Of a DNA stretch of 64,000 nt, positions 31,896-41,182 are shown piece after piece. The DNA is from a bacterium (GTDB lineage: Bacteria; Electryoneota; JAOADG01), in the NCBI GenBank assembly GCA_963681965.1, contig OY820579.1, positions 1,344,001-1,408,000 of the forward strand. Reading direction: 5' to 3'. Numbering within the stretch: position 1 is the first letter of the stretch; each line of letters opens with the position of its first letter. A program made the position numbers and the translations under genes. The notes beneath the pieces were generated by a model. The model did no database searches. It was given only the letters and a program-made list of their open reading frames with translations, and was not told the DNA's origin.

Positions 31896-32603
31896 ATGAT
31901 TATCGAAATGCGCGGAATCGTCAAACGCTACCAGATGGGCGAAACCGTGGTGAATGCACTTCGAGGTGTGGACTTTGCTATCGATCGCAGCGAATATGTT
32001 GCCATCATGGGTCCGTCGGGTTCCGGTAAATCGACATTGATGAATATGATCGGTTGTCTCGACACACCGACTTCCGGCTCATACTTCCTTGATGGAACCG
32101 ATGTTTCCCGGATGAGCGACGATGATCTTGCTGCTGTTCGCAATCGGAAAATTGGTTTTGTATTTCAGACTTTCAACTTGTTGGCTCGCGCCGATGCGTT
32201 GCATAATGTCGAACTCCCCTTGATTTATGCCGGTGTTCCTGCAGTAGAGCGTAAGCGTCGCGCGCAAGAGATGTTGGATCGCGTCGGTCTTGGCGATCGA
32301 ATGCACCATCGTCCGAATGAGTTGTCCGGTGGTCAACGGCAACGTGTGGCTATCGCGCGCGCATTGATCAATAATCCATCAATTCTGCTAGCCGACGAAC
32401 CGACGGGAAATCTCGATTCGAAAACCGGCGATGAAATCATGGCGTTGATCGATCAACTTTATGCCGCCGGGAATACGATTGTCCTGGTGACTCATGAAGA
32501 AACCATCGCAGAGTATGCTCGTCGTATCGTTCGACTATTCGACGGTATGGTTCACTCCGATTCACCTAATACTGTTCGACGCACCAGTACAGTTGAAGCC
32601 TGA
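31896..32603 (+). CDS. ABC transporter ATP-binding protein (MacB/LolD/YknY type)
   Basis: [37 protein letters not shown]. Confidence 0.95.
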   Translation: MIIEMRGIVKRYQMGETVVNALRGVDFAIDRSEYVAIMGPSGSGKSTLMNMIGCLDTPTSGSYFLDGTDVSRMSDDDLAAVRNRKIGFVFQTFNLLARADALHNVELPLIYAGVPAVERKRRAQEMLDRVGLGDRMHHRPNELSGGQRQRVAIARALINNPSILLADEPTGNLDSKTGDEIMALIDQLYAAGNTIVLVTHEETIAEYARRIVRLFDGMVHSDSPNTVRRTSTVEA

Positions 32604-32605
32604 TT

Positions 32606-33841
32606 ATGACCAAACTTGACGTCATCGGTTTCATCCTTCGCGAATGCTGGGGTGCCGCGATTAAGTCGCTGCGCGCCAACAAGACTCGTACGCTGTTGGC
32701 TACTACCGGTATTATCATGGGAGTGGCAACCGTCTGTACGATGCTTGCAATCATTCAAGGATTGAACAAAGCGTTTGCAAGTCAATTTGCTACGCTCGGA
32801 ACCGGTACGTTGTACATACAAAAATGGCCGTGGGTTGTCATGGACAACTGGTGGGTCTATATGAATCGCAAGGAAATCAAATACGAGAATTTTAAATTTC
32901 TGCGCGAAAATTCCGAACTTGCGCAAGCAATCACTGGCGTGAATTTCGTCAACTCCAATGTGAAAGGACGCGACGTTACTTTGTTACGTGTTGCCTGTTA
33001 TGGAGTAGATGAAAAATACCTTGATGTGCGCGGTGGCGATGTCGAGAATGGTCGGTTTTTTACTGCCGAAGATGTGAACAATTCACGTGCCTTTGCCGTG
33101 ATTGGGCAGGATGTTGCCGATGAATTATTCGGCATGTTCGACCCGATCGGTCGCGAAATTAAAATTGGACCCTTACCGTTTACGGTAATTGGTTTACTGA
33201 CAAAGCAGGGAAAATCGTTTGGTGAATCACTCGATAAATTTGTAATGATTCCCTATCAAACCTCGCTTCGATATACCGGTCGACACTCATCGATCGCGAT
33301 CATCGCCAAAGCTGCCGATCCCGCCGAAGCCGATGAATTGGAGAGCGAGTTAACCGGTCTGATGCGGGTTACCCGTAAATTGAAACCTCATCAGGAAAAC
33401 GACTTTTCGATCAATCGCCAGAATGCACTGGATGAATTCTATAAAAGCATCACTGGTGGTGTCTACACTGCCGGTATCCTCATTGCCGGGATCTCGTTGC
33501 TCGTCGGCGGAATCGGTATTATGAATATCATGTTGGTTTCGGTAACGGAACGAACCAACGAAATTGGAATGCGTAAAGCACTCGGTGCGACTCGTGCATA
33601 TATCCTCCTCCAATTCTTGATCGAATCTGCAATCATTTGTGCGGTAGGCGGTTTTTTCGGTCTATTGATGTCGTTTGGTTTCAGTGAGTTGATTTCAAAA
33701 TCGCTACCGACTTCGATCCCGATTTGGTTGGCGTTGGGAGCAATCGTGTTTTCGGCATTTGTCGGAATTCTCTTTGGTTTGTATCCCGCAGCTCGCGCAG
33801 CCAAGTTGCACCCGATTGATGCGCTCCATTACGAGGCTTAA
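32606..33841 (+). CDS. MacB/FtsX-family ABC permease 1
   Basis: RTLLATTGIIMGV, GGIGIMNIMLVSVTERTNEIGMRKALGA, YPAARAAKLHPIDAL. Confidence 0.95.
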   Translation: MTKLDVIGFILRECWGAAIKSLRANKTRTLLATTGIIMGVATVCTMLAIIQGLNKAFASQFATLGTGTLYIQKWPWVVMDNWWVYMNRKEIKYENFKFLRENSELAQAITGVNFVNSNVKGRDVTLLRVACYGVDEKYLDVRGGDVENGRFFTAEDVNNSRAFAVIGQDVADELFGMFDPIGREIKIGPLPFTVIGLLTKQGKSFGESLDKFVMIPYQTSLRYTGRHSSIAIIAKAADPAEADELESELTGLMRVTRKLKPHQENDFSINRQNALDEFYKSITGGVYTAGILIAGISLLVGGIGIMNIMLVSVTERTNEIGMRKALGATRAYILLQFLIESAIICAVGGFFGLLMSFGFSELISKSLPTSIPIWLALGAIVFSAFVGILFGLYPAARAAKLHPIDALHYEA

Positions 33842-33895
33842 TCGATTGCTTCACCTTCTATCTATTGTCGATCGTATAAAAAAGAAGAACCCAAG

Positions 33896-35119
33896 ATGAT
33901 TGTTAAAGAAATGATTAACCTATCGCTGACCGCCATCTGGTCGCACCGCTTACGAAGCGGTTTGACACTACTTGGCGTGGTGATCGGAGTCGGTGCAATC
34001 ATTTCCATGATGGCAATCATCACCGGACTGCAAAATAAAATCGATGAGGAGTTGAGTGGCTTGTCTGCGGGAACCTTCCAGATTCAACGCTTCGACGCCA
34101 CCGTTGGATTCGACGAGCATCATCGTGATCGCTATCGACCGCCAATTAAATGGGAGTACATACGGTATATCAGCGAGCTTCCTACGGTATCATCGGTCGG
34201 TGCCGAATCGTGGCAATGGGGTCAAACACTATCTTCCGAGAAAGTCCAAACAAATCCGAACGTTAGTGTTGCCGGCGGTACGACGGAATTTGCGATCAAC
34301 AATGGCTATGCGATTGACCGGGGGCGTTTCTTTACTGAATCTGAAGTCAACGATCAACGGCAGGTTGTCGTCATTGGAAGTAAACTGGCGGATAAATTGT
34401 TCACATCCCATGAGGCGCTGGGGCAATGGATTCGCATTACGGGAAAACCATTTCAAATCATCGGAATTTTTCAAGAAAAGGGTGAGATGTTCGAAGGGGG
34501 AAATAAAAATTTCTTTGCTGTAATCCCCTTGAGTAGTTATGAACGAATTTTCGGTCTTCCCCGCGGTGTGATGATTACGGTCAATGCCAAACACGCTTCT
34601 TTGATGGATCAAGCAATGGAAGATTGTCGCGTGATGTTACGTTCGTTGCGCCATTTAAAACCACAAGAACCGGATAACTTTGCGATTTGGAACAATCAGC
34701 AAATTCTCGATGCCTTCAACAACTTTACGAAATGGATCAAGATCGCCGCGGTGGGTATTGTTGCGATCTCTTTGTTAGTCGCTGGTATCGGCATCATGAA
34801 CATTATGTTGGTTTCGGTTACCGAACGTACCCGCGAAATTGGCGTTCGCAAAGCGCTAGGTAGTACTCGTCGAGATATTCTTACGCAATTCTTAGTCGAA
34901 GCCGTCGTGCTTTCGGAAATCGGTGCGATTCTAGGAACGATTTTCGGTATCGGTTTTCCGCTTCTCTTGGGAGCGGCAACCAAATTCCCAGTTGGTATTC
35001 CGATCTGGACAGTCGTATTGGCATTGGTTTTCTGCAGTGTGGTTGGCGTGGTTTTTGGTGTCTGGCCTGCAATCAAAGCTTCGCGCCTCGATCCAATCGA
35101 AGCATTGCGGTATGAGTAA
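33896..35119 (+). CDS. MacB/FtsX-family ABC permease 2
   Basis: RSGLTLLGVVIGV, GIGIMNIMLVSVTERTREIGVRKALG, WPAIKASRLDPIEALRYE. Confidence 0.95.
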   Translation: MIVKEMINLSLTAIWSHRLRSGLTLLGVVIGVGAIISMMAIITGLQNKIDEELSGLSAGTFQIQRFDATVGFDEHHRDRYRPPIKWEYIRYISELPTVSSVGAESWQWGQTLSSEKVQTNPNVSVAGGTTEFAINNGYAIDRGRFFTESEVNDQRQVVVIGSKLADKLFTSHEALGQWIRITGKPFQIIGIFQEKGEMFEGGNKNFFAVIPLSSYERIFGLPRGVMITVNAKHASLMDQAMEDCRVMLRSLRHLKPQEPDNFAIWNNQQILDAFNNFTKWIKIAAVGIVAISLLVAGIGIMNIMLVSVTERTREIGVRKALGSTRRDILTQFLVEAVVLSEIGAILGTIFGIGFPLLLGAATKFPVGIPIWTVVLALVFCSVVGVVFGVWPAIKASRLDPIEALRYE

Positions 35120-35156
35120 GACCCACTAAACTTAGAGAATTTTGACAATCTGTAGC

Positions 35157-35184
35157 GAGTGATTAACCAATCACTCGTTTTTTT
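35157..35184 (+). terminator. Intrinsic terminator after the exporter operon
   Basis: CGAGTGATT-aacc-AATCACTCG followed by TTTTTTT. Confidence 0.75.
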
Positions 35185-35495
35185 ATTGCTAAAGCCAACT
35201 CTGACAGAAATTTATCTACCGAAACACCTTTTTATCAGTCGTATTCGATTAAATTTGGAATATGAGGGATTGTTTCACAGTAATTTGCGGTGAATTACAC
35301 CACTTCGGGCAATCATAGTATGGTAATTCAATTCAGGAAATCCTTGATTTTGTCGATCTTTAATACGAGTAAGTCGTTTCCGATTCCAATGATGCTGTCC
35401 TAGTTTCCAGAAATGTGCGATTTCTAATTTGGTGTGCAAAGTTTGTTGGTGGATGGTAATCGAGCACCTATTTTAGTAAAAAAATCGAGACCAAA

Positions 35496-36299
35496 ATGAA
35501 CTTCCATGATCATATAAAACAGATCAATCATGACCGGGGCTATCTTTGCTTAGGGTTAGATCCCGACCCCGAGAAGTTGCCTGCGGGATTGTCCGGAACA
35601 GACGGATTGTATACTTTCTGCCACAATGTATTGGTTGCGTGCGCCCCTTCGATTGCTGCCGTGAAACCCAATCTTGCTTTTTTCGAACAATTCGGCGCTC
35701 CGGGCTGGCAAGTTCTTGATCGATTGCGCGCGAATGGTCCATCCGACATCTTGTGGGTATTCGATGCGAAGCGCGGTGATATTGGCAATACTGCTAAAAG
35801 TTACGCTCGTGCGCTATTCGACGGTTTGAATGCCGATGCTGTTACCGTGAACCCGTATCTTGGTACCGATTCCGTAACTCCGTTTCTTTCGCGAGACGAT
35901 CGCGGCGTGTTTCTCCTAGCGTTAACTTCGAATTCGGGTGCAGCCGATTTTCAATATCACGGAAATCCTCCCCTTTGGCAGCGCGTCATCGAAAAAAGCT
36001 GTGAATGGGATAATAACAATCTTGGTTTTGTGGTGGGAGCTACTCGCGAAGAAGAATTAGCCGATGCCCGCATGATCGCCGGTTCACGACCGATCTTGAT
36101 ACCCGGTGTCGGTGCTCAGGGAGGATCGCTAGCGGCTGCGGTCCGAGACGGATTGGGTAACGGTAAATATACCGGTCTGATTAACTTGTCGAGAGCGATT
36201 TTGTACGCCTCGTCTGCCGGTGATTTCGCCGATCAAGCAGCGAAAGTTGCCGAGCAATACAATTTACAGATTAATGAACTAATCGGGAACCATGTCTAA
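35496..36299 (+). CDS. pyrF: Orotidine-5'-phosphate decarboxylase
   Basis: LCLGLDP, KPNLAFFE, DAKRGDIGNT, TVNPYLG, LIPGVGAQGG. Confidence 0.95.
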   Translation: MNFHDHIKQINHDRGYLCLGLDPDPEKLPAGLSGTDGLYTFCHNVLVACAPSIAAVKPNLAFFEQFGAPGWQVLDRLRANGPSDILWVFDAKRGDIGNTAKSYARALFDGLNADAVTVNPYLGTDSVTPFLSRDDRGVFLLALTSNSGAADFQYHGNPPLWQRVIEKSCEWDNNNLGFVVGATREEELADARMIAGSRPILIPGVGAQGGSLAAAVRDGLGNGKYTGLINLSRAILYASSAGDFADQAAKVAEQYNLQINELIGNHV

Positions 36300-36996
36300 A
36301 AAGACTGCACTGAAATTACCGCTCCCTAAAGTGTGGGATCGTATCGAATTGATACCGTTGGAAATGCCGTCGGTAACGCCGCTCTCGTTGCGCGTTGCAG
36401 AACTTCTTACGATCGACAATGCCAAATATCGGTTTGTATTGACTGCACCGGAAGTGAGAGCCTCGGGACCATTCTCGATCGGTAATCGGTTCCTCTTACG
36501 GTACAATGTGCCAAATGGCGTTGTCGAAGCGAAAACCACACTTTTAGTTGCCGAAGATCAGACGAAAGTTCGACATTGGTTATTCGAATACCCGGACACA
36601 TTTACAATTTTACAACGTCGAACTTCGATTCGTGTTTCAGTATATTTGAATGGCGAGATCGATCTAGTTCACGAATCGATGAGTGAGAAGCGCATTGCAC
36701 AATTTTTAGGATCGGTGACTGAGTTATCTGTTGCAGCAGCGGTAATGACATTCAACTTTGATACCGATAATCGTCTTTCGGCGCGTGCGAAAGTGTATTT
36801 TCGCTTTTCATTACCGGAAATTGGTCCGATGGGTGAATTGTCTGCCAGAGTACTCCGAGTTCAAAAAATTCGAGTCAATATGCAGATTCAGACAATCGTA
36901 ACCATCCAGTTCGTTAAGATGCCCAACGTCGTGGAAAAAGCACTCGCTGAATACTGTAAAAAACGCGAGAAATTTTTGTTGGAACGACTTAAATGA
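36292..36996 (+). CDS. YcgR/PilZ-like protein
   Basis: N-terminal beta domain, then QRRTSIRV (RxxxR), ELSVAA (degenerate D/NxSxxG), ARVLRV, IQFVKM. Confidence 0.6.
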   Translation: MSKKTALKLPLPKVWDRIELIPLEMPSVTPLSLRVAELLTIDNAKYRFVLTAPEVRASGPFSIGNRFLLRYNVPNGVVEAKTTLLVAEDQTKVRHWLFEYPDTFTILQRRTSIRVSVYLNGEIDLVHESMSEKRIAQFLGSVTELSVAAAVMTFNFDTDNRLSARAKVYFRFSLPEIGPMGELSARVLRVQKIRVNMQIQTIVTIQFVKMPNVVEKALAEYCKKREKFLLERLK

Positions 36997-37003
36997 GGAT
37001 ACT

Positions 37004-37588
37004 ATGTCTTTGACTCAGGATCAAGCAGTCGCATTACTCGAAAAATCCGGTGCACTTCTGACCGGTCATTTTATTTTAACCAGTGGATTGCATAGTGATC
37101 GCTATGTTGAGAAATTCCGGTTGCTGGAACGCCCCGAATTTTGCGCACCCTTTGCCGAAGCAATTGCCGAGCGATTTCGCGATTTGAAGCCAACAGTGGT
37201 CGTCGGTCCTGCCATGGGCGGTATTATTCTTGCCTATGAAGTTGCGCGGTTCTTGGGTGTTCGAATGGCGTTCCCGGAGCGGGTCGAAGGCAAATTCGCA
37301 TTCCGACGTGGTTTTGAGTTCTCTTCGGAAGATCGAATACTTGCAGTTGAAGATATTGTAACCACTGGTGGATCGATTCAGGAAGTAATTGATGTATTGA
37401 CCGAACAAGCCGGAAAAGTGGTTGGTTTAGGGCTTATTTGCGATCGTAGTGGCGGAAAAGTTCAATTTCCGGTGGAAACATATTCGGTTGTTCAGCTAAA
37501 TATCCAAGCTTGGAAAGCAGATGAATTACCTCCTCATTTGGTGAATACTCCAGCGGTAAAACCCGGCTCAAGAAGTTTGAAGCAATAG
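37004..37588 (+). CDS. pyrE: Orotate phosphoribosyltransferase
   Basis: GHFILTSGLHSDRY, GPAMGGI, VEDIVTTGGS. Confidence 0.95.
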   Translation: MSLTQDQAVALLEKSGALLTGHFILTSGLHSDRYVEKFRLLERPEFCAPFAEAIAERFRDLKPTVVVGPAMGGIILAYEVARFLGVRMAFPERVEGKFAFRRGFEFSSEDRILAVEDIVTTGGSIQEVIDVLTEQAGKVVGLGLICDRSGGKVQFPVETYSVVQLNIQAWKADELPPHLVNTPAVKPGSRSLKQ

Positions 37589-37613
37589 AAAAATCGTATA
37601 ATTTAGAATGACG

Positions 37614-37637
37614 GTAGCGCAGATCTTCCGATCTGCG
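37614..37637 (+). repeat. Solitary GTAG-type REP-like palindrome
   Basis: GTAG-CGCAGATC-ttcc-GATCTGCG; same architecture as 57247-57270 and 60378-60400. Confidence 0.55.
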
Positions 37638-37718
37638 TTATTCGTCTCTGTTCACAATTCTGATTGCCAGATTCCTGTTTCGGTTGAAAGCTGTACCTTA
37701 GTTAATGAGTATCGGTAA

Positions 37719-38486
37719 ATGAAAATTTGTGTGTTAGCCAGTGGATCGAGTGGAAATTGCACCTTCGTTGAATTGGAGGGGGTGCGCTTCTTAGTCGATG
37801 CCGGGATTTCTGCCAAGAGAGTTGTCGAAGGACTCCGCGATATCGATGAACGGATCGAAGATATCGAGGGAATTCTATTGACCCACGAGCATTCCGATCA
37901 TATTGCTGGAGTGCACCGTCTTCTTGACAAATTCCATCTTCGACTCTATTCCAATCGTGAAACCTTTCGCCGGCTCCATCTTACCGTTCGCTCTGGTCAA
38001 TGGATTGAACTGACACGCGAGGCATTATCGATCGGTCCGGTTCAGATCCACCCATTTGCCGTAAATCATGATGCCGCCGATCCATTTGGGTATCGGCTGG
38101 CAAATTCACATACTTCAGTCGGCGTCATTACCGATTTGGGTTCGGTCACTAATCTCGTTCGTGAACAATTGGCGGGAGTCACAGCGCTAGTAATTGAGGC
38201 GAATTACGACCATCAAATGCTGATTAATGGACCCTACCCTTGGGATTTAAAACAGCGGATTGCCTCGCGATTGGGACATTTATCGAACACCGATTGCGGA
38301 ACGTTGTTGGTCGATCAGATCCACGATGGACTTCGGAAGATTTTTCTTGCGCACCGTTCGGAACACAATAACGATCCGATTTTGTCGCTTGATACCGTTC
38401 AAAAAATCTTATCTGAAGCAAATGTCGATGCACCACCCATTTCGATTTCGCATCAACGAAAATTGTCCGATCTCTGGGTAGGATAA
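37719..38486 (+). CDS. MBL-fold metallo-hydrolase (YycJ/WalJ-like)
   Basis: LASGSSGN, VDAG, THEHSDH, HDAADP, TDLG, EANYD, GHLSN. Confidence 0.9.
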   Translation: MKICVLASGSSGNCTFVELEGVRFLVDAGISAKRVVEGLRDIDERIEDIEGILLTHEHSDHIAGVHRLLDKFHLRLYSNRETFRRLHLTVRSGQWIELTREALSIGPVQIHPFAVNHDAADPFGYRLANSHTSVGVITDLGSVTNLVREQLAGVTALVIEANYDHQMLINGPYPWDLKQRIASRLGHLSNTDCGTLLVDQIHDGLRKIFLAHRSEHNNDPILSLDTVQKILSEANVDAPPISISHQRKLSDLWVG

Positions 38487-38599
38487 TCAATTACTTGAAT
38501 TTGTGAGCGAATCTGGGTTTATTCGAGTTTCGATTGTATATTTTTTTGTGATTATCTAGTAATAGGTTGTTTGTCTATTTAATCGGAGGATTCCAGCGC

Positions 38600-39295
38600 A
38601 TGCGCATGATACCTATCGCAGTCTTGTCTGCAACATTCCTGCTGGCAAGTATTGGTTGTGCAAAACAGGAGAAACCAGCAGTGAGTGATACATCGAAAGC
38701 CACACCGGAAGTGGCGCAAACTTCTAAGATTGACAAATCAAAGATCGAAGCTCCGGCAGATCAAATGCCGAAATCCGATGAAGTCGCAATTATCGACGTT
38801 CAGGGATTTGGTCGAATTGTACTTGGGTTCTTCCCTGAGAAGGCACCGAAACATGTCAAGAATTTCATCGATTTGGCGAAGCAGGGCTTCTTCGATGGTA
38901 CGACCTTCCATCGCGTGATTCCCGGCTTCATGATTCAGGGTGGCGATCCTAATAGCAAGGATGATGATCCTAATAACGACGGTATGGGCGGACCGAGCAC
39001 CCGCGTGAATGCCGAATTCACCGATCTGAAGCACCTTCCCGGTACTCTTTCGATGGCGCGCTCGCAGGATCCTAATAGCGCTGGTAGTCAATTCTTTATT
39101 TGCCACAAGGCAGCAGCATTCTTAAACGGTCAATATTCGGTTTTCGGACAGGTATTGGCGGGTATGGATGTTGTAGATAAAATCGCGAATGCACCACGCG
39201 GTGCAGCCGACAATCCTTATGCGATGAACTGCTCGAATCGTCAGAAAATCGCAATGAAAGTGACAATAGCTAAGTGGAGCGAAGTCATTCAGTAA
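38600..39295 (+). CDS. Cyclophilin-type peptidyl-prolyl isomerase, lipoprotein
   Basis: GGAGG plus ATG 38600; lipobox SIGC; APKHVKNF, FHRVIPGFMIQGGDP, SAGSQFFI. Confidence 0.9.
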   Translation: MRMIPIAVLSATFLLASIGCAKQEKPAVSDTSKATPEVAQTSKIDKSKIEAPADQMPKSDEVAIIDVQGFGRIVLGFFPEKAPKHVKNFIDLAKQGFFDGTTFHRVIPGFMIQGGDPNSKDDDPNNDGMGGPSTRVNAEFTDLKHLPGTLSMARSQDPNSAGSQFFICHKAAAFLNGQYSVFGQVLAGMDVVDKIANAPRGAADNPYAMNCSNRQKIAMKVTIAKWSEVIQ

Positions 39296-40107
39296 CACCT
39301 GCCGAACGGTCGCTCAGTCGCGCGGAAATTCGCGAACTGACGGCACTGGCAATCAAGAAATATCGGAACGAGCGCGGTCGTACAATTGCCGAAGGGGAGC
39401 AATTGGTGGCGGAAGCGCTCGTTTCGGCTTGGTCTGTACATGAAGTCGTAGCAACCCCACAATTTATTGCTAGTAAAGGGATGATCAAGCTCTTCCCGCT
39501 GATGGCTGAGCGTGAAGTCGCACTACGATCCGTTCCCGAAGAAGTGTTGAAGAAAGTCTCGGAGTTAGCTACATCGCCCGGTGTTCTAGCGACGGTCTCG
39601 CCTCCGGTATGGGGCGACAAACCGTTCCGAACTGGCGTAGTACTCGCGTTGGATCGCATTAGCGATCCGGTCAATCTTGGATCGATCGCTCGAACGGCTT
39701 GTTTCTATGGGATTGAGCGGCTATTATTGTCGGAGGAGTGTGTCGACGTACTCAATCCGCGTGCTTTACGAGCCTCGATGGGCGGTCTGTTTTTTCTTAC
39801 GATTCTGACGACGAAATCGTTGAAAAATGAATTACGAAAATTGCAGCATGACGGAGCCAAAATTGTTGTTGCCGATGCCGTAACCGGAACGGATGTACAA
39901 CTGAATCCATCAGAGCTACCAATGGTTTTGGTGATGGGTAGCGAAGCGCATGGAATTCGACCGGAAATTATTGAAATTGCCGATTACCACTGGCGATTAA
40001 ACCCGATCGGTCGGGATTTGACACTAAATGTCGCGGCTGCGACTGCCATTTTGCTGGATCGATTTTCCCGGATGACTGCTCGGAGTATCCCCAGGGATTT
40101 TTCATGA
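39274..40107 (+). CDS. TrmH/SpoU-family RNA methyltransferase
   Basis: AEGEQLV, LDRISDPVNLGSIART, RASMG, MGSEAHGI, LNVAAA. Confidence 0.9.
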   Translation: MERSHSVTPAERSLSRAEIRELTALAIKKYRNERGRTIAEGEQLVAEALVSAWSVHEVVATPQFIASKGMIKLFPLMAEREVALRSVPEEVLKKVSELATSPGVLATVSPPVWGDKPFRTGVVLALDRISDPVNLGSIARTACFYGIERLLLSEECVDVLNPRALRASMGGLFFLTILTTKSLKNELRKLQHDGAKIVVADAVTGTDVQLNPSELPMVLVMGSEAHGIRPEIIEIADYHWRLNPIGRDLTLNVAAATAILLDRFSRMTARSIPRDFS

Positions 40108-40940
40108 ATGATGCGCCGGATCGTCAGGAAGAAGAGAAAATCCCATACAGTCAATACCCGGAATTGTTTGAATCGACATGGGTGCTTATACTTACTTTGA
40201 TTTGGGGTGAATTGATGATTTGGGGATTGAAACAGCTCCCCATCAATGAACCTTTTTCACTCTGTCTGAGTACGGGTGGTTTGATCTTACCGGCACTAGT
40301 ATGGACGATGCGCAGTCGATTCACACTAAAATCGATTTTTCGGTTGCAATATCCCGGTTTTTATCATTTATTGCTTGCTATCCCATTCAGTATCGGGGTA
40401 TCGATCATTGTAGATGCTGTAGATCGATGGTGGTCCTTGTTGATTCCCCCCGATCCGGAATATGTTGCTGCTTTGTCCCGAAGTGTGACTGGTAATACCG
40501 TATACGAAGTAGTCGCGATTGTGATGGCTGCCGGATTTCTAGCACCACTTTTCGAAGAGATGCTCTTTCGCGGGTTGTTACAGGGAGTGATGGAGATTCG
40601 CACCTCCTTCTATTCCGCGATTCTATGGACAGCCGCAATATTCAGTGTTTTTCACGGTAATTTTTCGCTGCTACTGCCACTGATTCTGCTAGCGATCGTA
40701 TTGGGTGCAATGGTTTGGCGCGTCGATTCGATATTTCCAGCCGTCGTAGCACACAGTGTGAATAATCTCTTGATGCTGTATTCGATGAAGAAGCCGGATG
40801 GAGCGATATTTCCCGGTTATTTGGATGGACATCATGTCGCCCTGATTTGGTTGAGTGTCGCGATAGTATTAGCAGTAATTTCCGGTTATTTGTACTTCCG
40901 CTTTCCCGATGAAAATAGTCTTACGGAGACAACCGAATGA
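40104..40940 (+). CDS. CPBP (Abi/CAAX) intramembrane metalloprotease
   Basis: APLFEEMLFRG, FSVFH, AHSVNN. Confidence 0.9.
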   Translation: MNDAPDRQEEEKIPYSQYPELFESTWVLILTLIWGELMIWGLKQLPINEPFSLCLSTGGLILPALVWTMRSRFTLKSIFRLQYPGFYHLLLAIPFSIGVSIIVDAVDRWWSLLIPPDPEYVAALSRSVTGNTVYEVVAIVMAAGFLAPLFEEMLFRGLLQGVMEIRTSFYSAILWTAAIFSVFHGNFSLLLPLILLAIVLGAMVWRVDSIFPAVVAHSVNNLLMLYSMKKPDGAIFPGYLDGHHVALIWLSVAIVLAVISGYLYFRFPDENSLTETTE

Positions 40941-41182
40941 ATGCGCTTCCCTTCAAATTCAATCCTCAGCGCCACCGTCGATTGCTTCGATTAACGAAGA
41001 TCAGGCGTATCGCGATGATGATATATATCGTTTGTCTGTCATTCTTCGGTACAGCGGCTGTATTTACATTGATGGCCCCGAAAAGCTGGGATTGGGTATT
41101 GATCGGTGGAGCCTTGTCAATCTTGAGTGGTATGTTCTTCTATTATATCTCTTCAGAGCTGAAACGGGAACATGAACATTAA
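40937..41182 (+). CDS. Small two-TM hypothetical protein
   Basis: Overlaps both neighbours (ATGA coupling upstream); two hydrophobic helices. Confidence 0.6.
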   Translation: MNALPFKFNPQRHRRLLRLTKIRRIAMMIYIVCLSFFGTAAVFTLMAPKSWDWVLIGGALSILSGMFFYYISSELKREHEH

